Source: Cupriavidus necator
GTDB taxonomy: Bacteria > Pseudomonadota > Gammaproteobacteria > Burkholderiales > Burkholderiaceae
Length of the DNA stretch: 32,000 nt
Reading direction: 5' to 3'
NCBI RefSeq assembly: GCF_016127575.1
Contig: NZ_CP066019.1
Coordinates: forward strand, 840,001-872,000
The notes under the pieces were generated by a model that ran no database searches, was not told the origin of the DNA, and saw only the letters and a list, made by a program, of their open reading frames with translations. Shown here piece by piece: positions 22,713 through 31,906 of this stretch. A program made the position numbers and the translations under genes. Within the stretch, counting starts at the first letter, position 1; every line of letters starts with the position of its first letter.

Positions 22713-22734
22713 AATCCCGCCAGAAATCCCGCCA
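22713..22734. repeat. Tandem 10-bp direct repeat AATCCCGCCA (22713-22722 and 22725-22734), immediately 5' of the regulator ATG
   Basis: Read directly. On the coding strand it reads TGGCGGGATT-TC-TGGCGGGATT-CGG-ATG. Confidence 0.6.
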
Positions 22735-22807
22735 CACTTGTCACTCCCACCGTTGGAAGCCGGCGCCTAATCTAGCACACGAACACCAACCAACGGAGGG
22801 ATGCACG

Positions 22808-23584
22808 ATGACCACACACAGCACCGGAACCCGTGAAGCATGGCTGGCCGCGCGGCGTGAACTGCTCGAGGCCGAGAAGGATCTCACCCGACGCAGCGAT
22901 GAACTGGCACGGCAGCGCCAGGCCTTGCCGTGGGTTCGAATCGACAAGCCCTACCGGTTCGAGACCGCGGCGGGCAGCGCCTCGCTGGCAGACTTGTTCC
23001 AGGGACGTTCGCAACTGCTGGTCTACCACTTCATGTTCGGCCCGGACTACCAGGCAGGGTGCCCGTCCTGCTCCGCGATTGCGGACGGGTTTGACGGCTT
23101 TGTCGTCCACCTGGCGCATCACGACGTCACGCTGGCCGCGGTGTCGCGGGCACCGTTGGCGAAGTTGCAGGCGTACCAGCGGCGCATGGGCTGGACCTTC
23201 CCGTGGGCATCGTCGCAGGGCAGCGACTTCAACACGGACTTCAACGTCTGGTTCAGCGAAGCGCAACAACGCCAGGGCGATATCGACTACAACTACCGGC
23301 GCGAGGCGGCATTCGCCTGGCGACCTGAACTGGAGGCCGGCGGCGCAGCGGCCGAGGCCCAGTTTGCTGCCATGTGCGGCACCGATGCCGCAACGTACCA
23401 GCGCGACCGGCCGGGCATGAGCGCCTTCGCGCTGGAAGATGGCGTTGTGTACCACACCTATTCCACCTATGCGCGCGGGCTGGATGGCCTGTGGGGCATG
23501 TACCAGTGGCTGGATCGCGCACCGCGCGGACGCAACGAGGCCGGGGTCTGGTGGCGCCGGCACGATGAATACGAGCAGGGCTGA
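22808..23584 (+). CDS. DUF899-family thioredoxin-like protein
   Basis: The start was trimmed to MTTHSTGTREAWLAARRELLEAEKDL (typical DUF899 N-terminus), with GGAGGG 7 nt upstream. It carries a CPSC motif in YQAGCPSCS. Confidence 0.75.
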   Translation: MTTHSTGTREAWLAARRELLEAEKDLTRRSDELARQRQALPWVRIDKPYRFETAAGSASLADLFQGRSQLLVYHFMFGPDYQAGCPSCSAIADGFDGFVVHLAHHDVTLAAVSRAPLAKLQAYQRRMGWTFPWASSQGSDFNTDFNVWFSEAQQRQGDIDYNYRREAAFAWRPELEAGGAAAEAQFAAMCGTDAATYQRDRPGMSAFALEDGVVYHTYSTYARGLDGLWGMYQWLDRAPRGRNEAGVWWRRHDEYEQG

Positions 23585-23592
23585 GGCATTCC

Positions 23593-24429
23593 ATGTCCAT
23601 CGTACTCACCACGCACAGGCTGGCGCGCTCACGCGGCACCGGCCCGCGCCTTGCCTTCTTTGGCATCGTGGCCGTGCTATTCATCGCCGGCGGGGCGGCG
23701 ACACTCGCCTGGCATGCATCCATGCCGGCGATGAGCGCGATGCCGATGCCCGGCGGCTGGACCATGTCGATGGCGTGGATGCGGATGTGCGGCCAGACCT
23801 GGGCCCGCACGGCAATGGCCTTCCTCGGCATGTGGATCGCCATGATGGTGCCGATGATGCTGCCCTCACTGGCACCGATACTGTGGCGCTACCGCCAGGC
23901 CCTGGCGACGGCAGGGCAGGTGCGCCCGGGCATGTCGACGGTATTGGCGGGCGCCGGCTACTTCTTCGTGTGGGGCATGGTGGGCTTCGCCGTTTTCCCG
24001 GTTGGCGCTGCGCTGGCGGCGATAGCCGTGCAGGCGCAGGGCCTGGCGCGCGCGGTTCCGCTCGCCACGGCGGTGGTCTTGGTGATGGCAGGCGTGCTGC
24101 AGTTCACCCCGTGGAAAGCACGGCAGCTTGCCTGCTGCACCAACGCAGCGGGCCGCACGCGCGCACTGCCGGCGGATGCCGGCTCGGCGTGGCGCCATGG
24201 CCTGCGGCTGGGCCTGCACTGCACCCGGTGCTGTGCGGGCCTGACTGCGGCATTGCTCGTCATGGGCGTGATGGACCTGCGCGTGATGGCAGCGGTGATG
24301 TTGGCGATGACGCTCGAACGATGGATGCCGGCAGGTGCGCGCGTGGCCAGGCTTGCGGTACGGCTTACCGGGGCCGTCCTGGTCGGCGTGGGCGTGGCTA
24401 CGCTTGTGCAGGCAGGTTGGGGCGGATGA
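23593..24429 (+). CDS. DUF2182-like predicted metal-binding integral membrane protein
   Basis: 278 aa with multiple TM segments and a Met-rich segment, HASMPAMSAMPMPGGWTMSMAWMRM. Starts 8 nt after the DUF899 gene. Confidence 0.7.
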   Translation: MSIVLTTHRLARSRGTGPRLAFFGIVAVLFIAGGAATLAWHASMPAMSAMPMPGGWTMSMAWMRMCGQTWARTAMAFLGMWIAMMVPMMLPSLAPILWRYRQALATAGQVRPGMSTVLAGAGYFFVWGMVGFAVFPVGAALAAIAVQAQGLARAVPLATAVVLVMAGVLQFTPWKARQLACCTNAAGRTRALPADAGSAWRHGLRLGLHCTRCCAGLTAALLVMGVMDLRVMAAVMLAMTLERWMPAGARVARLAVRLTGAVLVGVGVATLVQAGWGG

Positions 24430-24439
24430 CGGCGGGGTA

Positions 24440-24605
24440 CTAGTGTCCTGTTCCGCAGATAGCTTGCCATGAAATCGCCCAGTTGGCCGCCATGCGTCGC
24501 TGCTCGTCGTTGCCATAGCTACGGCTATGGCGCCTCCTCGCGCCTAGCCTGACGACCAACTGGACGATTTCACGTTGGCAAGCTATCTGCGGAACAGGAC
24601 ACTAG
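24440..24605. repeat. 166-bp MITE-like palindromic element with perfect 30-bp terminal inverted repeats
   Basis: CTAGTGTCCTGTTCCGCAGATAGCTTGCCA (24440-24469) is the exact reverse complement of 24576-24605. The match extends by 8 bp (TGAAATCG/CGATTTCA) across a 3-nt indel. Internal arms CCAGTTGG/CCAACTGG and GCCATAGC/GCTATGGC also pair. No ORF of its own. Confidence 0.75.
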
Positions 24606-25468
24606 CCCAGCGCGACCGCGAACAGCGCCGCAATCAGCGGCCGCTCCTTGCGCACCTCCAGGCAGCACAGCGAGTAATCGATCGACAGCAGCGGCTCGTC
24701 GACCGGCACCACCTGCAGGCCCGGCAGCGGGATGCATTCGATCTGCGTGACGAAGCTGATGCCCATGCCATTGGCCACTGCATGCAGGATGGCCTCGCGG
24801 CTGTTGATCTCCATCACGCAGTTCAGCGCCACGCCATGCTGTGCGCACGCGCGTTCAACCCGGAGCCGGGTCTTCGAGCCCGGCTCGCGCAGGATCACGG
24901 CTTCGCCGGCGACCTCCTGCACCGTGATCGAAGCGCGCGCGGCCAGCGGATGGCCGGCCGGCATCACGGCAACGATGCGCTCTCTCCGATACGGCGCGAT
25001 ATGCAGGCCATCGACCGGATCGGGCTCGGCCAGGATGCCGACGTCGATATCGAAATCCTGCAGGCCGCGCAGCACCGAGGCTTCCGAGCCGATGGTGACC
25101 GTCAGTTCCAGCGAAGCATGGGTGGAACGGAAACTACGCGCCAGCCCCAGCGCGATCGGCGGTGACACCGCGCCCACGCGCACCAGCCCGGTCTTGAGCT
25201 TGTGCGCGCTCTGCAGGAACTGCATGGCCTCTGCTTCCTGCCCGAACAAGCCCTGGGTGATGGCGTAGAGCCGCTCGCCGGTGTCGGTCAGGCGCACGGT
25301 GCGGCCTGCGCGCAGGAACAGCTCCACGCCGAAGCGCGTCTCCAGCGCCTTGACCTGGTCGGTCACGGTCGGCTGCCCGATATGCAGGTATTGCGCCGCG
25401 GCAGTAAAGCCGCCCGTCCGGGCGACCGCATGGAAGCAGCGGATCGACTTGTAGTACTGGTGGAACAT
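24602..25468 (-). CDS. LysR-family transcriptional regulator
   Basis: The start was trimmed to MFHQYYKSIRCFHAVARTGGFTAAAQYLHIGQPTVTDQVKALE (LysR HTH), giving 288 aa. Divergent from the ADH gene. Its TAG stop lies inside the terminal CTAG of the palindromic element. Confidence 0.85.
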   Translation of the reverse strand: MFHQYYKSIRCFHAVARTGGFTAAAQYLHIGQPTVTDQVKALETRFGVELFLRAGRTVRLTDTGERLYAITQGLFGQEAEAMQFLQSAHKLKTGLVRVGAVSPPIALGLARSFRSTHASLELTVTIGSEASVLRGLQDFDIDVGILAEPDPVDGLHIAPYRRERIVAVMPAGHPLAARASITVQEVAGEAVILREPGSKTRLRVERACAQHGVALNCVMEINSREAILHAVANGMGISFVTQIECIPLPGLQVVPVDEPLLSIDYSLCCLEVRKERPLIAALFAVALG

Positions 25469-25627
25469 GGGGTCTCGATGGGAGCTGGCCGCCGTTCTGC
25501 GCGGCGTGTGCGGCGAGTCTCCCACAGACGCGTGCCGTTGCGTACAGGGTTTCCCCGAGGCCGGCAGCGTGCCGGCGATCCATCGGTTTTGGCGCACCTC
25601 GCCGTCAAAGATGCGATTGGACCGGGG

Positions 25628-25645
25628 GTTTGGCGTCTCCCAAAC
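25628..25645. promoter_or_regulatory. Inverted repeat GTTTGG-N6-CCAAAC; candidate LysR-type binding site
   Basis: Read directly. It lies 68 nt upstream of the ADH ATG in the LysR/ADH divergent region. It is only loosely T-N11-A-like. Confidence 0.3.
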
Positions 25646-25712
25646 TTCAGCCACCAGGAAACGCGGCTCAAGCCGCCGCCCAGGCTACCCAGAAAAGAAG
25701 TGAGGAGACCCC

Positions 25713-26804
25713 ATGAACCATGCCTACCACAACCCCGTGTCGATCCATTGCGGGGCTGGCAGCCTTGACCGGCTCCCGGCCCTGCTGCACGGCCGGCGCG
25801 TCGTCGTCGTGACCTTTCCCGAAGCGCGTGCGCTGGGACTGGTGGCGCGGCTTGAAGCCCTGCTGGGCGCAGACCTTGCCGGGCTGATCGAAGACGTGCA
25901 GCCGAACCCGGATGTCGCCCAGTTGTCCGGCCTGTACAACCGCTTCTGGGAAGACGCCGACGCCTGCGACGCCATCGTTGCGGTCGGTGGCGGCAGCGCG
26001 ATCGATACCGCCAAGGCGTTGATGGTAGGGACCAGGTCGGGCCGGTTCGATTCGCTGATCAGCCTGCTGGCGACCGGCAAGGCGTTCACGCCGGCGCAGG
26101 TCAAGCCGCTGATCGCGGTGCCGACGACTGCCGGCACCGGCAGCGAAGTGACGCCCTGGGCCACCATCTGGGACGCCGCGAACCAGAAGAAGTACTCGCT
26201 TCACCTGCAGGCAACCTGGCCCGAAGCGGCCATCGTGGATGCGGAGCTGATGATGTCGGTGCCGCGGGACACCACGATCTCCACCGGGCTCGATGCCCTG
26301 TCCCACGCGCTGGAATCGATCTGGAACGTCAACGCCAACCCGGTTTCCGACACCTTCGCGATTTCGGCGGTGGAGGACATCTTCGACACCTTGCCGGAAC
26401 TGGTGCGCAACCTGGACGACATTGGCCTGCGTGAGCGCATGGCGCTGGCCGCCCTCAAGGCCGGACTGGCGTTCTCCAATACCAAGACGGCACTTGCGCA
26501 CTCCATCTCCTACGAAATGACGCTGCGCCATGGCCTGCCGCACGGCATCGCGTGCTCGTTCACGCTGCCGATGGTGCTTGAAAAGGCGTGGGCACGCCGG
26601 CCCGACCGCGACCGCACGCTGCAGCGGCTGTTCGGGCCGGTGCTGGGCGACGGGCAGCAGCGGCTGCGCGCCTTCCTGCAGGACCTGGGCGTGAAGACCG
26701 AGTTTGCCGACTACGGCGTCTCCGACGACGAGGCCGGCGCCATGATCGCGCGTGCGCTGGACGGCGCCCGGGGCAAGAACTTCATCGGCGCTGTGCCGGC
26801 CTAG
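25713..26804 (+). CDS. Iron-containing (group III) alcohol dehydrogenase
   Basis: 363 aa with GAGGAGA upstream. Motifs are AVGGGSAIDTAK plus metal-ligand contexts DALSHALES and HSISYEMTLRHGLPHG. Confidence 0.85.
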   Translation: MNHAYHNPVSIHCGAGSLDRLPALLHGRRVVVVTFPEARALGLVARLEALLGADLAGLIEDVQPNPDVAQLSGLYNRFWEDADACDAIVAVGGGSAIDTAKALMVGTRSGRFDSLISLLATGKAFTPAQVKPLIAVPTTAGTGSEVTPWATIWDAANQKKYSLHLQATWPEAAIVDAELMMSVPRDTTISTGLDALSHALESIWNVNANPVSDTFAISAVEDIFDTLPELVRNLDDIGLRERMALAALKAGLAFSNTKTALAHSISYEMTLRHGLPHGIACSFTLPMVLEKAWARRPDRDRTLQRLFGPVLGDGQQRLRAFLQDLGVKTEFADYGVSDDEAGAMIARALDGARGKNFIGAVPA

Positions 26805-26883
26805 TAGCACGACCCCCGGCCGACGGGTGCAGCCGGCCAACACGAGCCCGCAATACGGGCCGACAATACAAGAGGAGACAAAA

Positions 26884-28188
26884 ATGGAAACTGCCGATCG
26901 CATCCAGGCAGGGGCGTTCGTCGCTCCGGCCGAGCATTCGTTCCGGCGCGCCCAGTGGCGCATGCTGCTGGCCGCGATGTTCTGCTACTTCTTCTTCTAC
27001 ACGGGGCGGCAGACCTTTGGCTTCGCCATTCCCGGCATCCAGCAGGAATTCGGGTTTTCCAAGGAAGCGCTGGGCTGGGCCTCCACCTGCCTGCTGTGGT
27101 GCTACGCCATCGGGCAGGCCATCAACGGCAACCTGGGTGACAAGTTCGGCGGCCGCCGCGTGATGACCGCCGGCGCGATCCTGTCGTGCGCGGCCAACTG
27201 GGTGGTCAGCTTCGCCGTCGGCTTCAAGAGCCTGGCGATTCCCTGGGGCATCAACGGCTACTTCCAGGCCCTTGGCTGGGCGCCCGGCAGCCGGCTGCTG
27301 TCGAACTGGTGGGGCGCCGAAGAGCGCGGCAAAGTCTACGGCTTCTACGTGTTCGCGGCCGGCTGCGCCTCGGTGCTGTCGTTCGTCACCTCGATCGTGG
27401 TCGTGAATATCCTGCACCTGGACTGGCGCTGGATCTTCCGCCTGCCGGTGCTGCTGATGCTGGTGGGCGGCATCACCTTCTTCCTGATCGTGCGCGAGCG
27501 GCCGGAAGACCTTGGCTTCAAGTCGCCCGATACCGGCGTTGCCAAGGCCGAGGGTGCGGAGAAGGCTACCGCAGTCGAGACCGATGCCGGCGAAAGCTCC
27601 TGGTCGCGCTACAAGGCCGTGCTGCGCAACCCGCGGCTTCTGATCGCGGGCCTGTCGATCGGTTTCCAGAATGCCGCGCGCTATGGCCTGATCGTCTGGG
27701 TGCCGGTCCACTTCCTGGGCAAGAACTGGAAGAGCGCCGAGACCCTGATCGACCCGGCCTGGATCTCGGTGGCGCTGCCGGTGGGCATGGCCTTCGGCGC
27801 GCTGTCCAACGGCTGGATTTCCGACCGCCTGTTCGGCTCCAGCCGCAGCAAGGCCATCATGCTCTACATGGTGCTGGGTGCGATTGCCTCGATGATCATG
27901 TACCAGCTGCCCACGGGCATGGGCGCGATCGTCGCGCTGTTCCTTGCCGGCTTCTTCGTGTACGGCCCCGCCTCGTCCTTCTGGGCGCTGTGCCCGGACC
28001 TGGTCGGCGCCAAGCGGGCCGGCACCGCCACCGGTATCCTGAACTTCTTCTCGTACCTGCTCGCAGGCCTGGGCGAACCCCTGATCGGCCGCATCCTGGA
28101 CCAGTCCGGCAATACCTCGCTGGTGTTCCCGATCGTGGCAACCAGCTGCATCATCAGCGCCGTGATCGCGGCCTTCATCCGCCGCTGA
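26884..28188 (+). CDS. MFS transporter of the organophosphate:Pi antiporter (OPA; GlpT/UhpT-like) family
   Basis: The start was trimmed to METADRIQ with GAGGAGA upstream, giving 434 aa. Blocks align with E. coli GlpT as I recall it: YTGRQTFGFAIP, GYFQALGWAPGSRLLSNWWGAEERG, ARYGLIVWVPVHFL and GFFVYGPASSFWALCPDLVGAKRAGTATG. Confidence 0.8.
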   Translation: METADRIQAGAFVAPAEHSFRRAQWRMLLAAMFCYFFFYTGRQTFGFAIPGIQQEFGFSKEALGWASTCLLWCYAIGQAINGNLGDKFGGRRVMTAGAILSCAANWVVSFAVGFKSLAIPWGINGYFQALGWAPGSRLLSNWWGAEERGKVYGFYVFAAGCASVLSFVTSIVVVNILHLDWRWIFRLPVLLMLVGGITFFLIVRERPEDLGFKSPDTGVAKAEGAEKATAVETDAGESSWSRYKAVLRNPRLLIAGLSIGFQNAARYGLIVWVPVHFLGKNWKSAETLIDPAWISVALPVGMAFGALSNGWISDRLFGSSRSKAIMLYMVLGAIASMIMYQLPTGMGAIVALFLAGFFVYGPASSFWALCPDLVGAKRAGTATGILNFFSYLLAGLGEPLIGRILDQSGNTSLVFPIVATSCIISAVIAAFIRR

Positions 28189-28273
28189 GCGCGCCGGGCC
28201 GGCGCCTTGCCGGCCCGCCCGCGACGGCTGCATCTCCTTCCACACACTGCTCAAGACCCGAGAGGGCAAGCTC

Positions 28274-29719
28274 ATGACCGCATTGCAAGCCATTGCCGAA
28301 ATCCGCCACGAAGCGCTGCGCATCGCCGGCGAGAAGATCTACCGCGAAGACGTGATCGAGGTGACCTATCCGTACACCGGCGAAGTCATCGCCACCGTGC
28401 CGAAGGCCACGCTCGACGAAGTGCGCCGCGCCTACCGCATCGCGCGCGACTACCAGCCCACGCTGACGCGCTATGAACGCTACAAGATCCTGATGCGCGC
28501 CGGCGAGATCATCGCCTCGCGCCTGGACGAGATCTCGCGCACCATCACGCTGGAATCCGGCCTGTGCCGCAAGGATTCGCTGTACGAGGTGGGCCGCGCC
28601 TCCGACGTGCTGCTGTTTGCCGCCAACCAGGCGCTGGTCGACGACGGCCAGGTGTTCTCGTGCGACCTGACCCACCACGGCAAGAGCCGCAAGGTCTATA
28701 CGCTGCGCGAGCCGCTGCTGGGCGTGATCACCGCGATCACGCCGTTCAACCACCCGTTGAACCAGGTGATCCACAAGGTGGCGCCGGCGGTGGCCACCAA
28801 CAACCGCATGGTGCTCAAGCCCAGCGAGAAGACGCCGCTGGCGGCCTACCTGCTGGCCGATATCCTGTATGAGGCCGGGCTGCCGCCGCAGATGCTGTCG
28901 GTCATCACCGGCGACCCGCGCGAGATCGCCGACGAGATGCTGACGCACCCGGACGTGGACCTGGTGACCTTCACCGGCGGCGTGCCGATCGGCAAGTACA
29001 TCGCCGCCACGGCCACCTACAAGCGCCAGGTGCTGGAGCTGGGCGGCAATGACCCGATCATCGTGATGGAAGACGCCGACCTGGAAGAGGCCGCCACGCT
29101 GGCCGCCAGCGGCTCGTACAAGAACTCCGGGCAGCGTTGCACGGCGATCAAGCGCATGCTGGTGCATGAGTCGGTGGCGGACCGCTTTGTCGACCTGCTG
29201 GTGGCGAAGACCGAAGCGCTCAACTATGGCGACCCCATGGACCCGAAGGTGGACATGGGCACGGTCATCGACGAAGCCGCGGCGATCCAGTTCGAGGCGG
29301 TGGTCAATGAAGCGATTGCCGCCGGGGCCACGCTGCGCTACGGCAATATCCGCCGCGGTGCGCTGTACTCGCCGACGGTGCTCGATCATGTCGATCCCGA
29401 AATGACCGTGGCCAGGCATGAGACCTTCGGGCCGGTGTCGCCGGTGATCCGCTTCAGGGACATTGAAGATGCGATCCGCATCTCGAATGGCACTGCGTAC
29501 GGGCTGTCGTCGTCGGTCTGCACCAACCGGCTCGACTACATCACGCGCTTCGTGCGGGAGCTGAAGGTCGGCAGCGTCAATGTGCGCGAGGTGCCGGGCT
29601 ATCGCCTGGAGCTGACGCCGTTCGGCGGCATCAAGGATTCCGGACTGGGCTACAAGGAAGGCGTGCTGGAGGCGATGAGGAGCTTTACCAATACCAAGAC
29701 GTATTCGCTGCCGTGGTAA
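28274..29719 (+). CDS. NAD(P)-dependent aldehyde dehydrogenase
   Basis: 481 aa with catalytic contexts LELGGNDP (Glu) and GQRCTAIKR (Cys), and PFGGIKDSGLG near the C-terminus. Confidence 0.85.
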   Translation: MTALQAIAEIRHEALRIAGEKIYREDVIEVTYPYTGEVIATVPKATLDEVRRAYRIARDYQPTLTRYERYKILMRAGEIIASRLDEISRTITLESGLCRKDSLYEVGRASDVLLFAANQALVDDGQVFSCDLTHHGKSRKVYTLREPLLGVITAITPFNHPLNQVIHKVAPAVATNNRMVLKPSEKTPLAAYLLADILYEAGLPPQMLSVITGDPREIADEMLTHPDVDLVTFTGGVPIGKYIAATATYKRQVLELGGNDPIIVMEDADLEEAATLAASGSYKNSGQRCTAIKRMLVHESVADRFVDLLVAKTEALNYGDPMDPKVDMGTVIDEAAAIQFEAVVNEAIAAGATLRYGNIRRGALYSPTVLDHVDPEMTVARHETFGPVSPVIRFRDIEDAIRISNGTAYGLSSSVCTNRLDYITRFVRELKVGSVNVREVPGYRLELTPFGGIKDSGLGYKEGVLEAMRSFTNTKTYSLPW

Positions 29720-29736
29720 GCGGCGGTGGCCCGTGC

Positions 29737-29793
29737 GCCGGGGGCGGCAGCGCAGTTCGTCCCTGCGCTGCCTGCCCCGGCGCGTAGTTTCTG
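29737..29793 (+). terminator. Rho-independent-type terminator after the aldehyde dehydrogenase gene
   Basis: Stem GCCGGGG..GGCAGCGCAG / CTGCGCTGCC..CCCCGGC (17 of 19 positions paired) with loop TTCGTCC, followed by GCGTAGTTTCTG. Confidence 0.55.
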
Positions 29794-29851
29794 CTGGTGT
29801 CTCCGGTAGCCGGGGCCAGGTGGGTTCTCCGGCACCACCACCCCGGATTTG

Positions 29852-29903
29852 GCCGCCTGAGCAGGCGGCTGCTTTGTTTTCAGGCGGCGCTGTCCTGCGC
29901 CGC
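29852..29903 (+). promoter_or_regulatory. Two adjacent hairpins in the acs leader, with a U-tract and a duplicated CAGGCGGC arm (possible attenuator)
   Basis: GCCGCCTG (29852-29859) can pair with CAGGCGGC at 29862-29869, which is followed by TGCTTTGTTTT, or with the identical CAGGCGGC at 29881-29888. A third stem is GCGGCGC (29884-29890) / GCGCCGC (29897-29903). The structure ends 20 nt before the acs ATG. Confidence 0.35.
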
Positions 29904-29923
29904 ATTCCTGTTTCCGAGCTTTC

Positions 29924-31906
<1,983 letters not shown>

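Noticed and set aside
23958-25165. Two ORFs (23958-24470 minus, 24575-25165 plus) that both begin MASYLRNRTL
   Set aside because: The shared N-terminus is simply the two copies of the 30-bp terminal inverted repeat read outward. The remainder of each ORF is antisense to the DUF2182 and LysR genes.
28196-28216. Hairpin GGGCCGGC-GCCTT-GCCGGCCC between the OPA transporter and ALDH genes
   Set aside because: It is a real 8-bp stem, but no U-tract follows, and the ALDH gene has its own SD 45 nt later. It is more likely an intra-operon RNA structure than a terminator, and it is not distinctive enough to report as a finding.
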